NCBI GenBank assembly: GCA_037441385.1
Contig: JBBISH010000004.1
Location: forward strand, 64,001-128,000
Length of the DNA stretch: 64,000 bases
Source: Myxococcales bacterium
GTDB taxonomy: Bacteria; Myxococcota_A; UBA9042
Direction: 5' to 3'
Below, one piece after another: positions 40,201 to 47,632 of the stretch; the stretch's first letter is position 1, and each line of letters starts with the position of its first letter. A program made the translations under genes and the position numbers. The notes beneath the pieces were generated by a model. That model did not search any database. It had not been told where the DNA came from and saw nothing but the letters and a program-made list of their open reading frames with translations.

Positions 40201-40710
40201 GCCAAAAGGTCGCTGGATTGGCGGGTGATCGTGGTGGTCGACGTGTCGGGTTCGATGGAGCCGAGCGTCATCTACGCGGCCCTGGTGGCGGCGATCCTGG
40301 CGGGCATGCCGGCGTTCTCGGTGGATTTCCTAGCGTTTTCCACCAAGGTCGTCGATCTGAGCGAGCACGTGAGCGACCCGTTGGGGCTGCTGCTGGAAGT
40401 CCAAGTCGGCGGGGGGACTTACATCGGCAAGGCCTTGCAGGTGGCCCGCGAGCGAGTGCGGGTGCCCAACCGCACCTTGCTGCTTTTGCTGAGTGACTTC
40501 GAGGACGGCGGTCCGCAGGGGCTGCTGCTCGAACAGGTGCGCGTGCTCGTTGAATCGGGCGTGATCGCCCTGGGGCTCGCGGCCTTGGACGACGTGGGCC
40601 AGCCGCGGTACAGCCGCAGCGTAGCCGAGCGCGTGGCGGCGGCGGGCATGCCGGTGGCGGCTCTGACGCCGCTTGCCTTGGCCCAGTGGATCGGGGAGCA
40701 AGTGCGATGA
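37276..40710 (+). CDS. DUF5682 (YehM-like) plus vWA (YehP-like) fusion protein
   Basis: N-terminal IGVRHHSP, YPFADFSPE, REAHM, VVGSFH and SGYPAG. C-terminal RWRLILG and MIDAS residues DVSGS...GGT...SDF. Confidence 0.85.
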   Translation: MAPQHPNPADVLAILAQSQAPHLIGVRHHSPSLAAAMPALLEAAQPDVLLLELPADLQSWLPWLAHPDTEAPVALAAEGTAFYPFADFSPELAAVRWCQLHSVPVVAFDRPIGAEGLADTQEAGSRLGLGEHLEQQAQAASAADLWDQLVEARAADSSAEALRRAALLAGWALRLDAGALACRDAAREAHMRQVLAEQQVKGVRRPVAVVGSFHAAALIEPGPGDPYPRAPAPTGAVRPVTSALLPYAFELFDDRSGYPAGIRDPAWRQALWSALPQGAAAVHARTEELLVDIARHLRSERHVAGLPDVAAATQMTRDLAQLRGLPAPGRAELLQAVMSALGQGEPLGRGRVLARALESVLVGRRRGRVAPGAPRCGLAPHVEALLRELKLPGPDEAGKNPQQVRLDPLRSPLDRRRHVALHQLAACQVPYGELRTGEGEFLTAVWSPQWTPATEAMLAVASLRGATLPQAAEGALRAEYKQRCEQGDRQGTALLDSLEQAGECGLVDLAATWAGELVGVLGSQGELAELVRAVGLHDRIAAGHVAGLLIEPVRSWFAPDTRVELLRAAVRHLEALAGATDLGSAQALLELVQLAGELDSARLRAALDQLAAQGSPLMQGAAAAAKVHTGQADATSFGVDAASVFDWTEPHARAGWWQGAWAVAGAQIEADPALLQPLAQRVEQTDDASFLRTLPSLREGFEALSPGARSRLLEELDSRLGLGRQLGELRADPAWLAQVAAADAAGQRAAEAVFGPWATQEPTSTGESPIAPTAQWPDQVAGALSSADRWRLILGRQNQRRLCQHAAGFAHSLEALYGFGQGEGSEGDLAGSDHEAQPTVREWAGELEALFGAEVREEVLARAAERGEPQAALELDPDQVRPSVDLLQAILQHKGGLAEGQLTHLRKLVDRIIAQLVQELAVRLRPALCGLGTPQVTRRPRGPLDLRRTLQANLRGVRPDRDPPLLPETFRFRTRAKRSLDWRVIVVVDVSGSMEPSVIYAALVAAILAGMPAFSVDFLAFSTKVVDLSEHVSDPLGLLLEVQVGGGTYIGKALQVARERVRVPNRTLLLLLSDFEDGGPQGLLLEQVRVLVESGVIALGLAALDDVGQPRYSRSVAERVAAAGMPVAALTPLALAQWIGEQVR

Positions 40711-42356
40711 TCAAGCCCGCGATCGCGCCCGGAATGCTCGCCGAACTGACGGCCGCCGTGCCGCCGCGCCTGCTCAAGCGCTTGGATGCGGCGCCCACGC
40801 TGGCCGAGGCATGGGCGTGGACGGCCGGCGACGGGCAGGTGGTGGTGGCCACCGACGCTGGCGAGACCGTGACCATTGCTGTGGCGGACCGGCACGCCAA
40901 TGCGCTGAGGTGCAGCTGTCTGTTGTCGCCCAGGTGCCTGCATGTCGTGGCCGTTGCGGCGGTATTGCCGGTCGCCTCGGTAGAGGCAGAGCCGGCCGCT
41001 ACCGCTGCCACAGACTCCGACCCAGCGACTGCACTTCTCGCCACCGTCCTTGCCGATGGGCAACTGCAGGCTGTCCGGATCGCGCGACGGTCGGCCGAAC
41101 GCCTCTTGGCCACAGGCGCCGCAGCAGCTGGGGCCACCGGCAGGGCCGAACTGCTCCGCGCCGCCCACGCCGCCAAGGCCGAGGGGCTGTACCGTCTTGC
41201 TGCCGCTGCAGTGGCCGTGGCAGGGCAAGTGCACGCGCTGCAGACCGGCGCCGCAACCTTTGGCTTGACCGAGTTGTGCGCGGCGTTGGCCGAACTGGCC
41301 GCGGTGGTCGTGCAGTTGGAGCGGCCTGCGGTCGACCCGCTGTGGCTGGGGGTGGCGCGCCGCGAGTACCGCGAAGTCGGCCACCTGACCCTGACTGGGC
41401 TGCTGAGCGAGCCGGTGGTCGAGCGCGGCCAGTCCGGCGTGGTCACTTGGCTGTGCGACGACCAAGGGCGCCTGTACCGCCGCGGCGACGTGCAGCCTGG
41501 CGACGCCGAGCGGGTGCGGCAAGCCTATCGGCACGGCGCTGGCTTGGGCGACAGCAGCGCCGAACATCGGCAACTCGGCCGCTCACAGGTGGTTCTGCAG
41601 TCGGCCACGGCGTCTGAGGACGGCCGGCTGGGCGCAGGGCAAGCGGTGCGCGCCGTGGTGAGCGGTTCCCGGACCTGGAGTGCCCCCGGGCCGCAGCGCC
41701 GTTTCGATCAGGATCTGAACGAGCAAGTCCACAAGGCTGCCGCGAGCGACGACGCTGGCGAACGCCTGTTGTTCTTTGCGGCCCAAGTGTTGGGAGTGGC
41801 TGGGCAGGCGCTGGTGCTGCAGGCCAGCGGCGGTCAGCAGCCGTTGGTGCTGGCTTTTGGGCAACCTGGAAACAAGATGGCGCGCGAGGGCTTGCGGGCC
41901 TTGGGCTGTGCAGACGGGCTGCAACTGCGGGCCGTGGGTCGCTTGCGGCGCGGGCCAGGTCTGGCGATCGACCTCCTGGCGGTGGAATTGGGCGAGCGCC
42001 TCCCGGCCGTCTGGATGGGCACGGCCAACGTGGGGCTGGACAAGCTGACCCCTGAACGGCTGAAGACCGAGCGCGCGGCGCCGCTGGCGGTGGCGCTGCC
42101 CGAGGAGCCGGCCGATCCGTTCGCTGGCGCGCGTCGGCGCTTGGGCCAAGTGATTTTGGGCGGTTGGTCCGTGCTCACCCCGGGCGTGCTGACGGCCCTG
42201 CGCACCGAGGCGGGCGAGTTGGAGGCGACGATGGCCCGACATTCGGCGGCGCTGCTGCGCGCGGCGGCCGGGTTGCCGGCAGACCAGCGCCTGGCGTGGT
42301 TTGGTCGGACTTGGCTTGCCACGGGCGCAGCGGCCCCGCCTACCTATCCCTCCTGA
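40707..42356 (+). CDS. SWIM zinc-finger protein (YehQ-like)
   Basis: CSCLLSPRCLH (CxC-x5-CxH), with ATGA overlap with the vWA gene. Confidence 0.75.
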   Translation: MIKPAIAPGMLAELTAAVPPRLLKRLDAAPTLAEAWAWTAGDGQVVVATDAGETVTIAVADRHANALRCSCLLSPRCLHVVAVAAVLPVASVEAEPAATAATDSDPATALLATVLADGQLQAVRIARRSAERLLATGAAAAGATGRAELLRAAHAAKAEGLYRLAAAAVAVAGQVHALQTGAATFGLTELCAALAELAAVVVQLERPAVDPLWLGVARREYREVGHLTLTGLLSEPVVERGQSGVVTWLCDDQGRLYRRGDVQPGDAERVRQAYRHGAGLGDSSAEHRQLGRSQVVLQSATASEDGRLGAGQAVRAVVSGSRTWSAPGPQRRFDQDLNEQVHKAAASDDAGERLLFFAAQVLGVAGQALVLQASGGQQPLVLAFGQPGNKMAREGLRALGCADGLQLRAVGRLRRGPGLAIDLLAVELGERLPAVWMGTANVGLDKLTPERLKTERAAPLAVALPEEPADPFAGARRRLGQVILGGWSVLTPGVLTALRTEAGELEATMARHSAALLRAAAGLPADQRLAWFGRTWLATGAAAPPTYPS

Positions 42357-42359
42357 TTC

Positions 42360-42488
42360 ATACCCACCCCACCTGATTCGCGCCTGTACGGCTTCTCTGA
42401 CCCGTTCTGCAACTGGCGAGAATCAGGCGGGGGCCCCGGTTCGGGCCCGAAGAATTGCCCGAGTTTTCGATCCGATTCGGACGGAACC
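42360..42488. repeat. Dispersed structured repeat, copy 3 (full length, orientation R)
   Basis: ATACCCACCCCACCTGATTC...GAATCAGGCGGGG...TTCGGACGGAACC, starting 3 bp after the SWIM gene stop. Confidence 0.95.
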
Positions 42489-42627
42489 AGTAGTATGCTG
42501 CAGCCCTGGTTCAACGCGCCGGGCAGGCGACGCCACACCTCGAGGTCTTGCTCATGCGATGGTGCCCTTTGCTTCTGGCGGCCCAGCACTGCGGCAGCCT
42601 TTGCCGCGGGCGTGCGGTGGGAGCGCC

Positions 42628-43590
42628 ATGACTCCGCCGTCGCACCTGACGTTTTTTGTCGAGCTGCCGGCCGACGAGCTGGACGTGCTGCTGAGCGACG
42701 CGGTGCTGGGCCAGTTGGCGCGGGCCAGCGCAACGTTGGCCGTGGCGATGTTGGATCTGCAGCCCCGGCGGGCGGACGCGCTGCGGCGGGCGGCGGCCCA
42801 CGGTGTCCAGCTGACGGCGTGGCTGGTCCTGGACCCAAGCGACGGCTACTGGCTCACCGTGGACAACGCGCACCACGCAGCCGCGCGCTGGCAGCAGGTG
42901 CGGGCTTGGCTGCTGGCCCAAGGCGTGGCCGTGCAGGCGGTTGGGCTGGATATCGAGCTGCCCGAGCCCGATGCGGTGGCCCTGACGCGCACCCCGGGCC
43001 TGGCCATGCGGCAGCTGTGGCGGCAGCGGCGGCGGCGCGGAGTGGTGGCCCAAGCCGTGGCCGCGTACCGTGCATTGGTGGCTGAGTTGAAGGACAGTGG
43101 GCTGCGGGTCGAAACTTATCAATTCCCATTGGTGATCGAGGAGCGGGCGGCAGCCTCGACCTTGCTGCAGCGGGTCCTGGGGATTGCCGACGTCCGCGGC
43201 GACCGCGAAGTGCTGATGCTGTACCGCAGCGTCTTGCCGCATCCGTGGGGCCAATGGCTGATCGACCTGTGGGGTGCCGAGGCCGAGGCCATCGCCGTGG
43301 GCATCAGCGGCGGCGGCGTGGCGTCGCTCCAGCCAACGTTCGCCAATCGATTGCTGGACCTGCACTCGCTGCGGCTAGAGCTCGCCCGGGCGCGACACTT
43401 TGGGCTGCCGCTCTATGTGTTCTCGCTCGAAGGTTGTGTAAACGCAGGCATTCTGGGCGAATTGCTGGACCAACCGTTGCCGGTCGTGGCGCGGCCGCAA
43501 GCGCCGTGGCTGGTGCGCGGGGCGCGGTGGTTGGTGCGGACGTCGCTGCGCGCCGATGGGCTGTGGGGGCAGTGGGCGCGGCGATCGTAG
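42628..43590 (+). CDS. Hypothetical protein, possible TIM-barrel/glycoside-hydrolase-like fold
   Basis: GGAG RBS before ATG 42628. Motifs FFVEL, AWLVL...GYW, VGLDIE, MLYRS and YVFSLEGC suggest an alternating beta/alpha barrel. Confidence 0.55.
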   Translation: MTPPSHLTFFVELPADELDVLLSDAVLGQLARASATLAVAMLDLQPRRADALRRAAAHGVQLTAWLVLDPSDGYWLTVDNAHHAAARWQQVRAWLLAQGVAVQAVGLDIELPEPDAVALTRTPGLAMRQLWRQRRRRGVVAQAVAAYRALVAELKDSGLRVETYQFPLVIEERAAASTLLQRVLGIADVRGDREVLMLYRSVLPHPWGQWLIDLWGAEAEAIAVGISGGGVASLQPTFANRLLDLHSLRLELARARHFGLPLYVFSLEGCVNAGILGELLDQPLPVVARPQAPWLVRGARWLVRTSLRADGLWGQWARRS

Positions 43591-43701
43591 GCGCGGATGC
43601 CTCGCCACATGGGGGCCGGATCGCCCAAGCGGGCGCTGCAGCATGCCGGCCCGGCCACACCGGGGCGGCGAGCGGAATCCCAAGTCGACTCTTGACTATG
43701 C

Positions 43702-43832
43702 GGTTTCCGTCCCAAATCGGCTCGAAAACTTCGGCAATTCTTCGGGCCCGAACCGGGGTCCCCGCCTGATTCTCGCCGGTTGCAGACCGGGTCAGAGGAA
43801 CCGTACAGGCGTGAATCAGACGGGGTTCGTAT
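43702..43832. repeat. Dispersed structured repeat, copy 4 (full length, orientation F)
   Basis: GGTTTCCGTCCCAAATCGG...CCCCGCCTGATTC...GAATCAGACGGGGTTCGTAT. Confidence 0.95.
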
Positions 43833-43930
43833 TATCTCGGTTTTGTGATGCTGCAGCGACATCTGGTAAGCTGCCTGTCATGGCGAGCCAGGGGTGCGCG
43901 CCCGCCCGTTCTGCCGCGGTGAGTTCAGCC

Positions 43931-46900
43931 ATGCTCCACACCTCCCAACCCGGATCGCGCCGCCCAGGCCGCCGAGCTGCTTGGTTTGGCCTGTGGCTAG
44001 CGATCGTTGGCGCTGCGCCGGGTTGCAGTGGCGGCGAGCCCACCGGAGTGACGACCGTGGCCGCCGTCGAAGACGCTCCGCAGTCCGCACAGTTCACCAG
44101 CGATAGCACGGGTCTGAATGGCACGGGTAAGTCGGATTCGGGGTCGGTGGGCGACAGTGGCTACCCTGGCACCGGCCTAGGCGACGGTGGCTCTTCTGGC
44201 GATTTAGGCAGTATTTCCAAGGATTTCGACGCCACTACGCTGGACTCGGGCGATCCCGCGCCGTGCGAATTTCCGGCCAGCCCTGGTCTCGGTCAGCCGG
44301 GCGCGGCCTGCAGCAAGGCGGGCGATTGCGACAGCGGCTGGTGTGTCAGCGGCGCCAGCGGCAAGATCTGCACCAAGACTTGCTCGAACTGCTGTCCGGC
44401 CGGTTTCGCTTGCGCGGCAACCACCGGCGTCTCTGGCGGCGACAACGTCTATGTGTGCCTGCCCAAGCAAAACGCCTTGTGTCGCCCGTGCTTGACGGAT
44501 AGCGAGTGCAGCGCCGCCAGCCCTGGCGCCCTGTGCGTGGCCTACGGCGACGCGGGCCGATTCTGCGGCGGGGCGTGCAGCAGCGACGCCAACTGCTACG
44601 CCGGCCACACCTGCAAACTCGTCGATGGCACCAGTGGCGCAGGCAAGCAATGCGTCAAAATACAAGGGGAATGCAGCTGCAGCGACGCGGCCATCGCCGC
44701 CGGCGCCACCACCACTTGCCAAAGCCAAGGCAGCGCCGGGACCTGCCAAGGCACGCGCAAGTGCACCGCCAACGGCCTGAGCGCGTGCAGCGCGACCGTC
44801 CCCACGGCCGAGAGCTGCAACGGCCTGGACGACGACTGCGACGGCGCGACCGATGAACAGGGCGCAACTGGTTGCACCAACTACTGGTTCGACGGCGACG
44901 GCGACGGCGCGGGACTGCCCAGCGCGGTCACCCAGTGCGCCTGCTCTATGCCGGCGGGCGCCACAGGCACCACCAACACAGACTGCAACGACAGCGACCC
45001 CAGCGTGCACGTGGGCGCGGCGGAAATCTGCAACGGCAAAGACGACGACTGCGACGGCATCGTCGACTCGGGGGTGACGGCCGACCTGGACGGCGACGGC
45101 ATCGCCGACTGCATCGACCCCGACATCGACGGCGACGGCGTAGACAATGGGGCCGACTGCTCGCCCACCAGCGCCGCGATCCACCCCGGCGCGGCCGAGG
45201 TCTGCAACGGCGTCGACGACGACTGCGACGGCAGCACCGACGCGCCCGGCACCACCGGCTGCCTTGCCCTCTATGCCGACGCGGACCAAGACGGCTTTGG
45301 TTTTGGGCCGGTCCAGTGTCTGTGCCAAGCCAGCGGCACCGTCACGGCCCAGAGCAACAAGGATTGCGACGACAGCAACGCCGCGGTCAACCCCGGCGCC
45401 ACCGAGCAATGCGGCAACGCCAAAGACGACGACTGCAACGGCCAAGTCGACGAAGAGGGCGCCTCGGGCTGCCTGCTGCTCTACTTTGACCCCGACGGCG
45501 ACGGCTACGGCAACGACGACAAGGCCTGCTTGTGTGCCAAGCAAGGCGCGTACCAAGCGCCAAAGGGCGGCGACTGCGCGCCGAACGATCCCTCGATTTC
45601 GCCCGGAGCGGCCGAGGTCTGCAACGGCGTCGACGACAACTGCAAAGGCGGCACCGACGAGGCCGGGGCCGACGGCTGCACCACCTACTACCTCGACGCG
45701 GACGGCGACGGGGTGGGCAAGACCGGCTCGACCGAGTGTTTGTGCGCCCCCGCGGGCACCTTCACGGCACTGGTCGCGGGCGACTGCAACGACAGCCTCG
45801 CCTCGGTCAAGCCCGGCGCGATCGAGACCTGCGACAGCCTGGACAACGACTGCAATGGCAAGACTGACGAATCCGGCGCCGCTGGCTGCAAGACGTGGTA
45901 CGCCGACAAGGACGGCGACAGTTTTGGCGTAACCGGCCAAGGCACCTGCCTTTGCGTCGCCTATCCGCCCTACTCCACGCAAAAGGGCGGCGACTGCAAC
46001 GACGGCAACAACCAGGTCAGCCCTCAAGCCCAAGAACTGTGCGACGGCGTGGACAACGACTGCGACGGCCAAACCGACGAAGAGGGCGCAACCGGCTGCA
46101 CCGCCTACCTATTGGACAGTGACGGCGACACCTACGGCCAGACCGGCCAGAGCAAGTGCCTGTGCAAAGCCGCCGCCCCGTACACAGCGGCCAATGGCGG
46201 CGACTGCAACGACAACGCCGCAGGCGTCAACCCCGCAGCCGCCGAAGTGTGCGACACGCTGGACAACAACTGCGACGGCGTGACCGACGCGGCCAACTCG
46301 GCGGGGTGCTCGGCCTTCTACCAAGATGGCGACGGCGACGGCTATGGAACACCCTTTGCCGCCCCCAAATGCCTGTGCACGCCCAAAGCGCCCTTCACCA
46401 CCGCCGCGGCGGGCGACTGCAACGATGCCGACAAAGCGGTCTACCCCGGCGCCGCAGAAGTCTGCGATGGCAAAGACGACAACTGCGACGGCAGCGTGGA
46501 CCCCGCCGGCAGCGGCGGCTGCACGACCTACTATGCCGACAGCGACGGCGACACCTACGGCACCGCCAGCGCCCAGTGTCTATGCCTTGCGGCCGCCCCC
46601 TTCACTGCCAGCAAGGCCGGCGACTGCAGCGACCAAAACGCCGCCGTCCACCCCGGCGCGAGCGAGACCTGCAACGGCCTGGACGACGACTGCAACGGCA
46701 AGACCGACGAAAGTGGCGGCACCACCAAGTACTACCAAGACGCGGACGGCGACGGCTACGGCACCGGCAGCCCGGTCACGGCGTGCGGCCCTTCCAGCCC
46801 CTACACGGCCAGCAAGAACGACGACTGCAACGACAACGACAAGACCGTCTACCCCGGCGCGACCGAGGTGCAGTGCAACAACAAGGACGAAGACTGCAGC

Positions 46901-47389
46901 GGCGCAGACCTGTGCAACGCCTGCCAAACCACGGTGCTCGAAAGTTTTGACAACGGCGCCAACGGCTGGACGTTGGGGCCGGGCTGGTCGATGCAGGCGT
47001 GGGCCGGCAAAGGCGGCGGCGCGGGCATGGCCTACGGCGACGGTGCGGGCAGCTACCCCGCTTCACTGACGCCGTCGGTCTCGTCCAAGTCCATTACCAT
47101 CCCCACGGGCACCACCAAGCTGCAGTTCTACTACTTCTACTCCCCAGATCCCAACGACAACATCGGAACCTTCGACATCCTGTCCATCACGGTCGATGGC
47201 CAAGAAATCGTCCACCGCTACACGACCGACGGCAAGTTCCACGGCTGGGTGCAGTTCACGCTCACGGGAATTCCGCAGTCTTGGTGGGGAGCTTCCGTGC
47301 CGTTTGTCGTATCGGTGCAGACCAAGGACAGTGCGTACAACAGCGGCCCAGGCATGGCCGTCGACGCCATCACCGCGCTGTGCAACTGA
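43931..47389 (+). CDS. Large Cys-rich surface lipoprotein with about 10 MopE-type putative metal-binding repeats
   Basis: Lipobox-like APGC, ten complete DC(N/D/S/A)...PGA.E.C...D.DC.G motifs plus one partial, separated by DxDGDGYG loops, and a C-terminal beta-sandwich-like domain. Confidence 0.85.
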   Translation: MLHTSQPGSRRPGRRAAWFGLWLAIVGAAPGCSGGEPTGVTTVAAVEDAPQSAQFTSDSTGLNGTGKSDSGSVGDSGYPGTGLGDGGSSGDLGSISKDFDATTLDSGDPAPCEFPASPGLGQPGAACSKAGDCDSGWCVSGASGKICTKTCSNCCPAGFACAATTGVSGGDNVYVCLPKQNALCRPCLTDSECSAASPGALCVAYGDAGRFCGGACSSDANCYAGHTCKLVDGTSGAGKQCVKIQGECSCSDAAIAAGATTTCQSQGSAGTCQGTRKCTANGLSACSATVPTAESCNGLDDDCDGATDEQGATGCTNYWFDGDGDGAGLPSAVTQCACSMPAGATGTTNTDCNDSDPSVHVGAAEICNGKDDDCDGIVDSGVTADLDGDGIADCIDPDIDGDGVDNGADCSPTSAAIHPGAAEVCNGVDDDCDGSTDAPGTTGCLALYADADQDGFGFGPVQCLCQASGTVTAQSNKDCDDSNAAVNPGATEQCGNAKDDDCNGQVDEEGASGCLLLYFDPDGDGYGNDDKACLCAKQGAYQAPKGGDCAPNDPSISPGAAEVCNGVDDNCKGGTDEAGADGCTTYYLDADGDGVGKTGSTECLCAPAGTFTALVAGDCNDSLASVKPGAIETCDSLDNDCNGKTDESGAAGCKTWYADKDGDSFGVTGQGTCLCVAYPPYSTQKGGDCNDGNNQVSPQAQELCDGVDNDCDGQTDEEGATGCTAYLLDSDGDTYGQTGQSKCLCKAAAPYTAANGGDCNDNAAGVNPAAAEVCDTLDNNCDGVTDAANSAGCSAFYQDGDGDGYGTPFAAPKCLCTPKAPFTTAAAGDCNDADKAVYPGAAEVCDGKDDNCDGSVDPAGSGGCTTYYADSDGDTYGTASAQCLCLAAAPFTASKAGDCSDQNAAVHPGASETCNGLDDDCNGKTDESGGTTKYYQDADGDGYGTGSPVTACGPSSPYTASKNDDCNDNDKTVYPGATEVQCNNKDEDCSGADLCNACQTTVLESFDNGANGWTLGPGWSMQAWAGKGGGAGMAYGDGAGSYPASLTPSVSSKSITIPTGTTKLQFYYFYSPDPNDNIGTFDILSITVDGQEIVHRYTTDGKFHGWVQFTLTGIPQSWWGASVPFVVSVQTKDSAYNSGPGMAVDAITALCN

Positions 47390-47516
47390 GGCGAACCTTG
47401 CCGGATCACGCCCGCACGGCTTCCCAGGGCCGCCGTGCAACGCGCGGAAATCAGGCGGGGACCCCGGCGCGGGCCCATAAAATTCACCGAACTATCGATC
47501 GGCTGTGGACGGATCC
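47390..47516. repeat. Dispersed structured repeat, copy 5 (degenerate, orientation R)
   Basis: GCGAACC...TCACGCC..ACGGCTT...TGCAAC...AATCAGGCGGGGACCCCGG...TCGATC...GGACGGA aligns colinearly with the consensus and starts directly after the stop at 47389. Confidence 0.8.
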
Positions 47517-47632
47517 GGCATGGCTTTGGCGCGTAGCCGAGAGCGGCGAGCCAAACCGCGACTGCGCTGGCGGTGGACCGCGGGCGCGGTAGAATCGCGG
47601 CGGCGCGGATCGCCCCCAGGCTGCAGACCCAG

